From: Undibacterium cyanobacteriorum
GTDB lineage: Bacteria; Pseudomonadota; Gammaproteobacteria; Burkholderiales; Burkholderiaceae_D
Assembly (NCBI RefSeq): GCF_031326225.1
Contig: NZ_CP133720.1
Location: 4,046,139 to 4,070,138, forward strand
Length of the DNA stretch: 24,000 nt
Direction: 5' to 3'
The translations under genes were made by a program, and so were the position numbers. Below are positions 9,672 to 19,042 of the stretch, in pieces. Under the pieces are notes generated by a model. The model saw only the letters and a list, made by a program, of their open reading frames with translations. It searched no databases and had not been told where the DNA came from. Every line of letters starts with the position of its first letter. Positions within the stretch are counted from its first letter, which is position 1.

Positions 9672-9857
9672 CTTTACCGTGCATAACGCCGCATAAACAT
9701 GTTCCCCACAACTAAGACTTAAGCGAGCAAGTGCTATCACCAAAACGCACCTAATCTTGCTTAAATCCTGCTCGAAACGCGACGCATTCTGGCTTAAGAT
9801 GACGACTTGATATATTAAGGATCATTTAAAAATTATCAGTCTTCCCTTAAGTCATTT

Positions 9858-12380
9858 ATGTTTTCTGCCCTCACCAAACTCATACACCGATACGCCACGC
9901 AGCTGCGCCGCCAAATTCCACTCGCTCGCAGCACCTATTTCCTGCTGTTGATCATTGGCCACGCCTCTGCACAAGCACCCAGTGAGGAAATCGGACGGCA
10001 AACGATAGAGCGGCGTGGTACACCGATGGCGATGCAAGATTTTGATCCCTACGCCAATCAACGATTTAATCCATGGTTCGATCGGGGAAGTTGGCATGGC
10101 TTCCTTTTGCCAGAGTCCGTCGAAGATCGTGGCGGCTTTAACGGCCCCATGATCGTCGCCGAAGAATACGGTGTGTTTCTCGCTCGAGCCTTTGATGTGA
10201 TCGATGTTTTCGATGTAACGCAGCAACGTATGCTGACGAAAGCCGATGCCCAGTGGCAGATCCGTGCCGAGGGCGGCAGTCTACACCAAAATCTACGCTG
10301 GCCAGATTTAAGTCTGGGCTTGGAGTTGCGCTTCGTATCCAGTCATACGGCCTTGATACAAATCCGCGTTCACAACCACACACAAAATAGGCGAACGATT
10401 CAACTACGCTGGCATGGTAGTTTGCTCGATCAATGGCAAACACAAGACAGCGCGAAAGCAGAGAAGAAAGTCCAGATCGCTCGATTCGACGCTAAGTTTC
10501 CTCATTGGTCACGCACTTTACGCGCCGATGCGTACGCGCTTTATGTGGACCTCGGACGCGTTCGCGCCCCGAGCGAATTAATGATCTCTGGCAGCGGCAG
10601 TTATTGGATCACGCGTCAACTGCCAAGCCAAACCCACATACAAGGCTTGTCATACACCAGCACTAGCGATGACATTCAAGTTCCTCCTGATGGCGATTTC
10701 ACGACCTACACGGCCCATCATTACGCGCTTGATCAGCAAGATCGTCAGCAAGCCGAGTCCAGTGTGAAAAGCAGCATGGCGCACGTACAAAATCAATGGC
10801 GTGCAGCGGAACAATCGTGGCACGCACGATCACAAAGCGCGCGTTCTGCACTACAAAAAAAGGCTATGGAAACCTTAGTCAATAACTGGCGTCGCCCCGC
10901 TGGAGCTCTGCGCTTTGACGGTGTGGTGCCGTCGACCACATCGCGCTGGTTTAATTGCATGTGGGCGTGGGATAGTTTTAAACAAGCCTACGCACTGAGC
11001 GACTTCGATCCCAATCTCGCAAAACAACAAATGCGTTTGATGTTATCGGTGCAAATTAGCGCTCAAGATCCGATTCGGCCGCAAGATGCAGGCATGATCA
11101 TCGACGATGTCTGCTATAACCAAGATCCGATTCGCGGCGGGGATGGCTATAACTGGAATGAACGCAACACCAAACCTCCACTGGCAAGTTGGGCCAGTTG
11201 GAAGATCTATCAAACTACACGTGATCGAGCTTGGTTAAAAGAGGTGTATCCCAAGCTGAAAGCTTTCCATCAATGGTGGTACACACATCGCGACACTAAC
11301 AAAAATGGTCTAGTCGAATTCGGCGCAACACGCCACCCTGAGCATAATGACGAGAACGGTGCCCTGAAATTTTTTATCAAAAGTGATGCCCCATCTTGGA
11401 ATCAGCGCTGCGAAAAAAGTGCTTCATTGGGATTAGTCTGCTACAGCATTGAACTCTACCGACAAGCACAAAAAGAAGGCCTCGCACCGATCGCGCCAGC
11501 ACAAGAAGCGACTGGTTATGAGTCGGGCATGGATAACGCTGCGCGCTTTGGATTTATCGAAGACAATCAACTCGCAGACTACGCAAAATTACACCATGGC
11601 GGTGACCTCAAAGCGGCACGCCAAGATTGGCAAGTCGATTTCTTTGAGAATCGCGCGACATCGAGTCATGGAAACGACGGCATACACGGCAAACAAGGCG
11701 AGTTACTCGGGTACTCGATGAATCAAGAATCCGTCGACCTCAACGCCTTTCTGTATGCAGATAAACTCTACCTCGCCAAGATGGCACAAGTGCTGGGTCT
11801 GCAAAGTGATGCAAGACAGTGGCGACAACAAGCACGCTCACTCAAACAGAAAATCAATCAATGTTTTTTCGATGCAAGCACTGGTTATTTTTACGATAGA
11901 AAGATTCTGTCGCAGCAAGCAGATGCAACAGCATGTGGTGGCGGTCTTTTGCTGACACAACGTGGACGCGGTAGCGAAGCCTTTGCTGTTCTGTGGGCTG
12001 GTGCCGCCACGCCGCAACATGCGCGACGCACCATGCAGCACTGGCTAGCGCCACAGGAGTTCGCCAGCTATCTCGCCTTCCCTACCGCAGCCTTGAGCAA
12101 TCCGGCCTTTCATCCCACCAGCTATTGGCGTGGACGCGTGTGGTTAGACCAAGTCTACTTCGCCCTCAAAGGCATGCAACACTATGGTGAAGGAAATGCC
12201 GCACGTCGCATTGCACAGCAAGTCATAGACCGCGCGGTTGGCGTGACGCAAATCGCACCATTCCGAGAGAACTACCATCCGCTGACCGGCGAGGGACAAG
12301 GGCCAGCCAATTTCAGTTGGACTGCAGCGCACTTTTGGATGATAGAGCGCGAGTTGCTACAGCACTTAGAGAGCAATTAA
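9858..12380 (+). CDS. Secreted (alpha/alpha)6-barrel glycoside hydrolase, GH63 / YgjK / MGH1-like glucosidase family
   Basis: 840-aa ORF with a signal-like N-terminus (...RSTYFLLLIIGHASAQA|P). The C-terminal half carries motifs I associate with GH63/trehalase-like barrels: RWFNCMWAWDSFKQAYAL, GYESGMDNAARF, SYWRGRVWLDQVYF and NYHPLTGEGQGPANFSWTAAHFWMI. The size is similar to periplasmic YgjK. Specificity is unknown. Confidence 0.75.
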   Translation: MFSALTKLIHRYATQLRRQIPLARSTYFLLLIIGHASAQAPSEEIGRQTIERRGTPMAMQDFDPYANQRFNPWFDRGSWHGFLLPESVEDRGGFNGPMIVAEEYGVFLARAFDVIDVFDVTQQRMLTKADAQWQIRAEGGSLHQNLRWPDLSLGLELRFVSSHTALIQIRVHNHTQNRRTIQLRWHGSLLDQWQTQDSAKAEKKVQIARFDAKFPHWSRTLRADAYALYVDLGRVRAPSELMISGSGSYWITRQLPSQTHIQGLSYTSTSDDIQVPPDGDFTTYTAHHYALDQQDRQQAESSVKSSMAHVQNQWRAAEQSWHARSQSARSALQKKAMETLVNNWRRPAGALRFDGVVPSTTSRWFNCMWAWDSFKQAYALSDFDPNLAKQQMRLMLSVQISAQDPIRPQDAGMIIDDVCYNQDPIRGGDGYNWNERNTKPPLASWASWKIYQTTRDRAWLKEVYPKLKAFHQWWYTHRDTNKNGLVEFGATRHPEHNDENGALKFFIKSDAPSWNQRCEKSASLGLVCYSIELYRQAQKEGLAPIAPAQEATGYESGMDNAARFGFIEDNQLADYAKLHHGGDLKAARQDWQVDFFENRATSSHGNDGIHGKQGELLGYSMNQESVDLNAFLYADKLYLAKMAQVLGLQSDARQWRQQARSLKQKINQCFFDASTGYFYDRKILSQQADATACGGGLLLTQRGRGSEAFAVLWAGAATPQHARRTMQHWLAPQEFASYLAFPTAALSNPAFHPTSYWRGRVWLDQVYFALKGMQHYGEGNAARRIAQQVIDRAVGVTQIAPFRENYHPLTGEGQGPANFSWTAAHFWMIERELLQHLESN

Positions 12381-12502
12381 GAGCAAAGCAAAGGCGCCGC
12401 TGAGCGGACGCACAGCCACTCGAGTTTCGAGTACACTGCAGTGCTTATTCTTTTGAATAGACAATTCTATTCAGCTCAAATCCGACTCAAGAATGATTCT
12501 CT

Positions 12503-12949
12503 ATGCGACTTGAACGTCTGTGCTTCCTGATCGTCACCGGCATCGCCACCTTTGGTGCCCTTATCCATTGGATCGCACCTTGGGTTGGTCTCGATTGGTA
12601 TCGTTTTTTAACCTCACCGCAATGGGTGGTGAACTCAGTACGCCAGGGTACTTGGTATGCTCCAGTCGGTGCCGTGGTGGTTGGTGCTTTGATGCAAGCC
12701 TGTGGCGTGTTCGCGCTTTCGGCGACGGGGCTGTTACCAAGACTCTATCTACTGCGTACCGCACTCTGCTTTATCGCCTGCTTGTGCACCGTGAGAGGCC
12801 TGTTGATTTTTCCCTTATTGTGGATGGTACCCAAACAGCTCACGGCGTTCGATATCACCGCTTCCTTGGTATGGCTCACCGCGGGGTTTTGTATGGGCTT
12901 GGGAACCTTATTGCGCTGGCCTGCTTTACGTCCCCCGGCGCTCGCCTAA
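12503..12949 (+). CDS. Small integral membrane protein (about 4 TM helices), unknown function
   Basis: ORF track. The sequence is strongly hydrophobic and segmented (LCFLIVTGIATFGALIHWI, APVGAVVVGALMQACGVFAL, TALCFIACLCTVRGLLIFPLLW, ASLVWLTAGFCMGLGTLL). The SD is weak. The overlapping out-of-frame ORF 12520-13203 is rejected. Confidence 0.6.
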   Translation: MRLERLCFLIVTGIATFGALIHWIAPWVGLDWYRFLTSPQWVVNSVRQGTWYAPVGAVVVGALMQACGVFALSATGLLPRLYLLRTALCFIACLCTVRGLLIFPLLWMVPKQLTAFDITASLVWLTAGFCMGLGTLLRWPALRPPALA

Positions 12950-15900
12950 CGCGATTCAAATTCGACGAAGAAAATAGTACCGCCTTCAGGGTTAGGCCCA
13001 AAGCCTATCGTACCATCCATTTTTTCAACCATCTCTTTGGCGATGGCCAGCCCCAGACCTGTACCGTCTTTGGCGCGCGTATCAGAAGCATCGGCTTGCG
13101 AAAACTTCTGGAAAATACGCTCGCTGAATTGAGGTGGAATTCCAGGACCTCGATCGACTACCTCGATGCGCACTCGATGTTCGCCAATCACCACAGTACG
13201 TAAACTGACCGTACCCGCTTTCGGAGAATACTTACACGCATTCGACATCAAGTTCGCCATCACTTGTGCGAAACGATCTGGATCAACCCGCAAACTTGCA
13301 TTTACCAACCCATTTTCCAAGGCTAATTGAACGCCTAATTTTTGCGCGAAGGCTTGGTTCGATTCAATCACATCGGCCAACAATTTTTCGAGCGGCACTT
13401 GCTGGAAATTAAAGTCCATCATATTCGCTTCGATTTTCTGCATGTCCAAAAGATCGTTAATCAAACGTCCTAAACGCTCTGCATTGCCCAAGGCAATTTG
13501 TCCCAATTTCGCCGCTGCTGGCGGTAACTCGCCGGTGGCACCACCCACCATCAAACCGAGACCACCTCGAATCGCGGTCAATGGCGTACGTAATTCATGA
13601 CTGACGGTCGAGACGAATTGCGTCTTTAGTTTTTCAACACGTCTTTGCTCGGTGACATCACGTACGATCAAAATAAACTTACGTTGCCCAGCGTCGGCAA
13701 AACCACTCAAAGACAACTCAGCGATAAACGGCGTGCCATCCGCGCGTTTGAGTTGCACTTCTAATTCGGTATGCCCTTTCTCGATAAAGTCGGGTGCTTG
13801 AATGCCTTGCTGTAGCCGCTCGCTGAGGTCCTCCACGCAAAGATCCAAAAACGAACCTCCTGTCATCAATTCGACTGAACTCGCAAATATCTCCAAACCA
13901 GCGCGATTACACGATTCTATGGTCCAATACTTGTCTGTCGTGAGAATCGCGTCTGCTGCATTTTGCAAGACTGTTTGCATCCGCTCTGCGTTATCACGAT
14001 TGAGCTGCTGTTGTGCCAGCAACTCCTGCAAACGTACCGCGACCAAAGCTTCCAAGCGCGCTTGATCTCGTTTGAGATGCCCCACACGCCACAAGTAAAT
14101 CACCCATAACAGTCCAGCAATGATGGCGGCGACTAACCAGCGGAACCAATTCGTTTGGTAGTATTGTGGCGGGATCTCAATGTTGACGCTGGTGATGTGA
14201 TCACTCCAGATTCCAAGATCATTGGTCGCCTTTACTTGAAAAGTGTATTCACCTGGATTGAGATTTGTATACGTCGTATTGCGATGATCGGCATCAATCT
14301 CAACCCAATCACGATCAAATCCAGCGAGCCGATAAGCGTAACGATTGGCACTGGGGTTCGTGAAATGTAGGGCAGCGAACTCGATTGAGAAGACTGATTC
14401 CTGCCGCGCAATAGTCAAGCTTAATGGCGCGGTGACGGGACCTTGCAGAGCGACACCGTCGACGCCTTTGCCGGATTTTAAGGAACGGTTAAAGACACTA
14501 ATGTCAGTGATGGCGACTTGCGGCGGCACCGAGATCCGCTGGACTTTCTCCGGCATTACCACGGTCATCCCTTTGGTCCCGCCAAAATACAGCAAGCCAT
14601 CCGCACTACGATGAGAAGGACCGGCAAAATTGTCCGACAACCCATCACTCACCGTATAGCGATACACATCGCCCGTATCAGGCTGAAAGCTAATCAACCC
14701 GTCCACAGTACTCAACCAGAGACGACCTTTTAAGTCACTCTCAATCGCTACAATTTTGGCGCGACCGATACTATTCGGTCCGTCATAACGTACAAAGAAA
14801 TAACTACCATCGGTTCTTTGAACTAATTGATTCAAGCCGTTAATAGTACCTACCCAAATACGACCTTTAGCGTCTTGAAATAAGGACGACACATTGTCAG
14901 CGCTAATACTTTCAGGGTCTTTCGGATCATGCTTAAAATGGCTGAATTTTCCGGTCGCCAAGTCAAGTAAATCCAAACCACCGCCAACCCATTCTGCGCC
15001 AGCCCACACCCTACCTTGCTGATCATGCAGAATGACCGTCGTACCCTTTGCACTGCGGCTATGCGGATCTTTAGGATCCGATTGATATTTGGTATAGGTC
15101 TTCTGCAGCGGATCAAAGTGAATCAGACTATCACCGGTGCCTAACCATATTTTTCCTCCAGCAGCTGGAGCTATCACGTTGATGTAGTCATCGGCGATGC
15201 TGCCGAAATGAAAAACAGAAAACTCATCTTTAGTCGGATCAAGCCGGTTCAGGCCAACCGAAGTCCCCACCCATAGTGGCCCATTATTTTCTTGATACAA
15301 GCTATACGCGAGGTCGTTACTCAGAGTACCTTTGCGCTTTTTATCGGCCTGATAGCGTTTCAACACCTCGCCAGTTTGCGGATCAAACAAAGCCACGCCG
15401 CTATTGCTGCTCAGCCAGAGCTTGCCATCGCCCTTACCGGCGATGCGTAGCAAGGAATTGTTGGGACGTGGATTTTGCACATCTGCATCGAAAGGGATAA
15501 TGCGACGGAAGCCACGGCTATTGAGGTTGGCGAGTGCGATACCATCGGTGAGCGTTGCCACCCACAACATACCACCGCGATCATGCAAAACGGCGCGCAC
15601 ATCATCTGAGGGCAAACTATAGGGGTCAATCGCTTGCTTCACAAATTGCGTAAAGCGTTCACGTGGCGCATCCCAACGCAGCAAGCCTGCCGAGAGCGTC
15701 GCTGCCCACACCGCGCCATTCCGATCGCTATACAAATAATTCACGCGACTCGATGGCGAATCGAGACGTTTGCGGGTCTCCCATGCCTGTTTGGTATCCC
15801 ACAGGACAACACCGTTCTCTGTGCCTATCCATAAACGTTTTTGATCATCGATAAATAGGGAGCGGACGATATTCAATTTCGAGTCAGGGGCGCTGTCACT

Positions 15901-16593
15901 GTCGACGCGGAAATGCTGGAACTTCTGCGAGCCAGGTGCCAAGTAGTCGAGACCTGCAGGCCAAGTACCCGCCCACACACCACCAGCATCGTCGACTGCA
16001 ATCGCATTTAAGTCATTCTTTCCCAAACTATCAGGAAGCTTGGGATCATGTGCATACAGCGTGAACTTTCCGGTGTGCGGATCGAAGTGCTGTAAGCCGC
16101 CCCAAGTCGCTAACCATAAGCCGTCTTTGCCATCAGGAGCGATCACTTTAATGATGCGCTGATTGCTCGGACCGCCTTCCAAGATATAGCGCGTAAAGTT
16201 GTTGGTCTTGGGATTAAAGAGTGCCAGGCCGTTCTGTGTACCCGCCCAAATCCGGCCTTGCTGGTCTTCATATAAAGCCGAGATACGATCATGCGGCAAG
16301 CTGGTTGGATCGTTCGCTTGGCTCTGATATTTTTCGCTGTGATAACCATCAAAACGATACAAGCCAGCGTTATTGGTCCCTATCCATATAAAACCCTGAC
16401 GGTCTTGCAGCAACGATAAAGTTGATAGTTGATCGGCCCCCAGGGCCGACAGACGTTGAAAGCGCAGTTCGGAAGTGGATGCTGCATGCACCGTGAAGCC
16501 GAGCACCATGGTCGCCAACAACAGGATGACGAGGCGATACACAGCCAACGGTGATAGGACTTTCTTCAATGCAGAACCTTCCGCAGCAAGCAA
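12946..16593 (-). CDS. Sensor histidine kinase: periplasmic double beta-propeller (14 Reg_prop-type blades) + Y_Y_Y domain, TM, PAS, HisKA, HATPase_c; no receiver or DNA-binding domain
   Basis: 1215-aa ORF. I count 14 blade motifs of the type xxWIGTxxGLxxF (FIWIGTNNAGLYRF ... RLWLSTVDGLISF, LLYFGGTKGMTVV). The Y_Y_Y segment is YAYRLAGFDRDWVEIDADHRNTTYTNLNPGEYTFQVKATNDLGIWSD and the TM helix is WFRWLVAAIIAGLLWVIYLW. The H-box is VSHELRTPLTAI, with N/G boxes LMSNACKYSP, DRGPGIP and GTGLGLAIAKE. The track start is a TTG at 16593. An alternative TTG at 16569 is preceded by GGAAGG. Confidence 0.92.
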   Translation of the reverse strand: MLAAEGSALKKVLSPLAVYRLVILLLATMVLGFTVHAASTSELRFQRLSALGADQLSTLSLLQDRQGFIWIGTNNAGLYRFDGYHSEKYQSQANDPTSLPHDRISALYEDQQGRIWAGTQNGLALFNPKTNNFTRYILEGGPSNQRIIKVIAPDGKDGLWLATWGGLQHFDPHTGKFTLYAHDPKLPDSLGKNDLNAIAVDDAGGVWAGTWPAGLDYLAPGSQKFQHFRVDSDSAPDSKLNIVRSLFIDDQKRLWIGTENGVVLWDTKQAWETRKRLDSPSSRVNYLYSDRNGAVWAATLSAGLLRWDAPRERFTQFVKQAIDPYSLPSDDVRAVLHDRGGMLWVATLTDGIALANLNSRGFRRIIPFDADVQNPRPNNSLLRIAGKGDGKLWLSSNSGVALFDPQTGEVLKRYQADKKRKGTLSNDLAYSLYQENNGPLWVGTSVGLNRLDPTKDEFSVFHFGSIADDYINVIAPAAGGKIWLGTGDSLIHFDPLQKTYTKYQSDPKDPHSRSAKGTTVILHDQQGRVWAGAEWVGGGLDLLDLATGKFSHFKHDPKDPESISADNVSSLFQDAKGRIWVGTINGLNQLVQRTDGSYFFVRYDGPNSIGRAKIVAIESDLKGRLWLSTVDGLISFQPDTGDVYRYTVSDGLSDNFAGPSHRSADGLLYFGGTKGMTVVMPEKVQRISVPPQVAITDISVFNRSLKSGKGVDGVALQGPVTAPLSLTIARQESVFSIEFAALHFTNPSANRYAYRLAGFDRDWVEIDADHRNTTYTNLNPGEYTFQVKATNDLGIWSDHITSVNIEIPPQYYQTNWFRWLVAAIIAGLLWVIYLWRVGHLKRDQARLEALVAVRLQELLAQQQLNRDNAERMQTVLQNAADAILTTDKYWTIESCNRAGLEIFASSVELMTGGSFLDLCVEDLSERLQQGIQAPDFIEKGHTELEVQLKRADGTPFIAELSLSGFADAGQRKFILIVRDVTEQRRVEKLKTQFVSTVSHELRTPLTAIRGGLGLMVGGATGELPPAAAKLGQIALGNAERLGRLINDLLDMQKIEANMMDFNFQQVPLEKLLADVIESNQAFAQKLGVQLALENGLVNASLRVDPDRFAQVMANLMSNACKYSPKAGTVSLRTVVIGEHRVRIEVVDRGPGIPPQFSERIFQKFSQADASDTRAKDGTGLGLAIAKEMVEKMDGTIGFGPNPEGGTIFFVEFESR

Positions 16594-16935
16594 ATTGAGA
16601 GTGAATCACATCCGAGATATTGAGGTCTGTCCAAGCGAGTTTTTGGCAGACTGGCAGGAGCACAATGTGCCCAATTCGCATTTACCCCACCTTCAATCAA
16701 CTTTGCCAATGGAGTTACTGTGTGTCAACACATTTTCGGGCGAAACGGAATTGCCGCAACAGTCCATCTGAGAAGTAGCAAACAGAATTTGTATTTTCTA
16801 TTAAGCTTATTGTTAAATTTATAGCAAATAATCATTTCTCTACACTCATTCTGAAATCCTAGCCCCTCAATCGAGACTAGGTTGACGCCTATTTCCGCTA
16901 TCATGTCGGTTTTTCTGAAATTACCATTACCCGAT

Positions 16936-17412
16936 ATGAAAATAGATAAAGACAGCGTCGTCACACTCCGCCTCACCGTGAGCGAAAGCACAGGCAAAGT
17001 ACTCGAAAACGGCAAGACACCGGTCGCGTATTTGCACGGTGGTTACGACAACTTGCTACCAAAAATTGAAGAAGCCTTGCAAGGTCAAGAACCTGGCTTC
17101 AAGGTAGCGATGACTTTGGTCCCCGAAGATGCGTTTGGCGTACGTGATGAAAGCCTGCTCCGTACCATTTCCAAGAAAGATTTTCCGCCGGGCGTCAAAG
17201 TCGGCGGCGCCATGCAAGGCGTCAATGATCAAGGCGAAGAAACCATCTACACCGTACTCAAAATCAAGGGCGACCAAGTGATGTTGGATGGTAATCATCC
17301 TTTAGCTGGTAAAACCTTGAAAGTTGGTGTGCACGTGCTTGAAGTACGTCCTGCAACACCAGAAGAAATCGCCCATCGTCACGTGCATGGCGAACACGGT
17401 CATCATCACTAA
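16936..17412 (+). CDS. slyD: FKBP-type peptidyl-prolyl cis-trans isomerase SlyD with a His-rich tail
   Basis: The ORF track gives 16882-17412. I prefer the ATG at 16936 (MKIDKDSVVTLRLTVSE...). SlyD-like motifs are present: AYLHGGYDNLLPKIEEALQGQEPG and DGNHPLAGKTLKVGVHVLEVRPATPEE. The C-terminus is HVHGEHGHHH. Confidence 0.9.
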   Translation: MKIDKDSVVTLRLTVSESTGKVLENGKTPVAYLHGGYDNLLPKIEEALQGQEPGFKVAMTLVPEDAFGVRDESLLRTISKKDFPPGVKVGGAMQGVNDQGEETIYTVLKIKGDQVMLDGNHPLAGKTLKVGVHVLEVRPATPEEIAHRHVHGEHGHHH

Positions 17413-17420
17413 GAACAACG

Positions 17421-17436
17421 GGGCGGATGTTCGCCC
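17421..17436 (+). terminator. Weak hairpin after slyD (GGGCG-GATGTT-CGCCC)
   Basis: A 5-bp GC stem begins 9 nt after the slyD stop and is followed by TTCATC, which is a poor U-tract. Confidence 0.3.
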
Positions 17437-17589
17437 TTCATCAGCCTGATTTTTGCGGGGCAATCTATCACGAGACGATCAGTACTCACCCGCCCCGCAG
17501 AACTCGCCCGTATTCAAAAAACCGCATCGATCGAAGCTCGCAATTCATTACTGACTGGATCGGGTCTCATGTTAAGAACACGCGGTGAT

Positions 17590-18285
17590 TCAACCCACTA
17601 GTTTCTTTCGTGGCCTACCACGCGCGGCTGGTTCAACGCGCCGTTCGGTTAGCTTGGCCATTTCGGTTTTGTAAGCTTCCGATCCCAACAACCACGCTTT
17701 ATTGGTGGCGTCATTGATCTGATTAAAATGCGCCGACGACAATCCACGTTCCAATAATGCCCGATAGGCCGCTTCGCGTTGGAACGGCGTATTACCCAGC
17801 CCCCAGTACATGGAATGATCGGCCACTAAAGGATCCGCGCGCAAACCCAAATGATGCTGACAACTCGACCACGCATAGCTCGCAGGCTCATGCGCCAAAT
17901 GCAAGCGCACTGGCATTTCTTCGATCAAGACGCAACAAGGTAAAAAGTATTGCTGGGCTTCGATCACGGTCGCTTTAAAACGCCCCTGCCACAACAACCC
18001 TGAACGCTTATATTTCGCATTGAAATAAGGAACGTAATAACGCCCTAACCACTGCATTAATTTACCCAAACCTTCCGCATCTGAAGGCGTGGCCAGCAAA
18101 TGAAATCGATCGGGCAAAATGCAATAGGCGTGCAAACTCAACTTATATTGCTTGAGCCCTGCCTTGAGCCAATCAGCAAAAGCCTGATAGTCGGCATGAT
18201 CGGCAAAAATAGTTTTGCCATCAATGCCGGCCTGCGTGATGTGATGCGTTTGATGCGGAATGACCAGACGCGGAAGCCGTGCCAT
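17590..18285 (-). CDS. RAYT / IS200-like Y1-transposase family homologue (231 aa) with non-canonical catalytic motifs; probably not an active mobile element
   Basis: ORF track. MARLPRLVIPHQTHHITQAG..., HAYCILPDRFHLLATP, LWQGRFKATVIE and PASYAWSS...GRPRKK follow the architecture of the Burkholderiales 'REP-associated tyrosine transposase' family as I recall it. The HUH position reads R-F-H and the Tyr-helix reads VLIEEMPVR. I saw no flanking inverted repeats or REP arrays. Confidence 0.8.
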   Translation of the reverse strand: MARLPRLVIPHQTHHITQAGIDGKTIFADHADYQAFADWLKAGLKQYKLSLHAYCILPDRFHLLATPSDAEGLGKLMQWLGRYYVPYFNAKYKRSGLLWQGRFKATVIEAQQYFLPCCVLIEEMPVRLHLAHEPASYAWSSCQHHLGLRADPLVADHSMYWGLGNTPFQREAAYRALLERGLSSAHFNQINDATNKAWLLGSEAYKTEMAKLTERRVEPAARGRPRKKLVG

Positions 18286-18400
18286 GAAAGAACACCCTTT
18301 GCTGTGATTCGAAAAAGAAGCCCTGAGAAATTGGGGACATTGTAGATCAAATCACGACCAGCGCCTAAAGAGTTCGTCATACCAGCCCACACCAAGCTCA

Positions 18401-18754
18401 TTAGTGTCCTTGTAGTTTGAGGCGCAGCTCACAACGCGGCATCGCCAATTGCAGCATGCTGAGGACGATTCCAGCGATCTTACGAATACGCTCCAGCTCA
18501 CCCGCCGCAATCACCACGCGTTGAGGTCGATAGCGTCGGACTTCACGCAGTAGCCGGAACAAACTTCCTTGCACACTCCGCCGCTCTGTTTCTCTACCTT
18601 CGAGCACGAGATCGAACCGTAAGCCGCCTTGCTGATGAAGGTGAATGGATAGAAATAGCTGTGGCTGCTTCGCTTCCTGCGCCTGCGTTGTTTCCTCAGT
18701 CTGTGGTTCTGTTTGAAATCGAGAATCGCTGTGTGGTGACGCCTCTAACATCAT
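18401..18754 (-). CDS. Hypothetical 117-aa protein (Q/E/T-rich N-terminus, compact C-terminal domain)
   Basis: ORF track. A strong SD AAGGAG lies on the minus strand (complement of 18758-18763), 3 nt before the first ATG and 6 nt before the second. The gene runs in the same direction as the RAYT-like gene, 115 bp upstream of it. I recognise no family. Confidence 0.6.
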   Translation of the reverse strand: MMLEASPHSDSRFQTEPQTEETTQAQEAKQPQLFLSIHLHQQGGLRFDLVLEGRETERRSVQGSLFRLLREVRRYRPQRVVIAAGELERIRKIAGIVLSMLQLAMPRCELRLKLQGH

Positions 18755-18961
18755 GGTCTCCTTGTCTAAATGGTTGGTGATCGATCAGCAACTGCGCCAG
18801 ATCGAGCGTGACTAGCGTAAGCAAGCAAGGTGAAGACAACATGAAGCGAATGTGAAGTCATCTGAAAAAAGAATTGGTATAAGCCTCACCTCTGTTGACC
18901 ATCGAATTTACTTTAGAAATCATCTGATGAAAAAGATAGCAAAGTTCACAATTCAACAAGG

Positions 18962-18977
18962 TGGCGCAGAACTTGCA
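18962..18977 (+). promoter_or_regulatory. Candidate sigma54 (-24/-12) promoter upstream of nasT: TGGCGC-N5-TTGCA
   Basis: TGGCGCagaacTTGCA has correct GG/GC spacing and one mismatch to TGGCAC-N5-TTGCW. It lies ~65 bp upstream of the nasT ATG. A sigma70-like TTGACT (18996-19001) / GATAAT (19017-19022) pair with a short 15-nt spacer is also present. Confidence 0.45.
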
Positions 18978-19042
18978 TTGAATCCTTGAGCGTTCTTGAC
19001 TTCATAAAACGCCATTGATAATCAATATAGAAAGGGAAACGC

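Noticed and set aside
12520-13203. 227-aa plus-strand ORF
   Set aside because: It is out of frame with the clearly hydrophobic 148-aa membrane ORF. It also runs antisense into the HATPase domain of the kinase gene.
17455-17498. GC-rich inverted repeat GCGGGGC ... GCCCCGC between slyD and the RAYT-like gene, considered as a REP element or terminator
   Set aside because: It occurs once in the window, has a ~30-nt loop, and has no U-tract on the appropriate side for either strand. That is insufficient to call a REP or a terminator.
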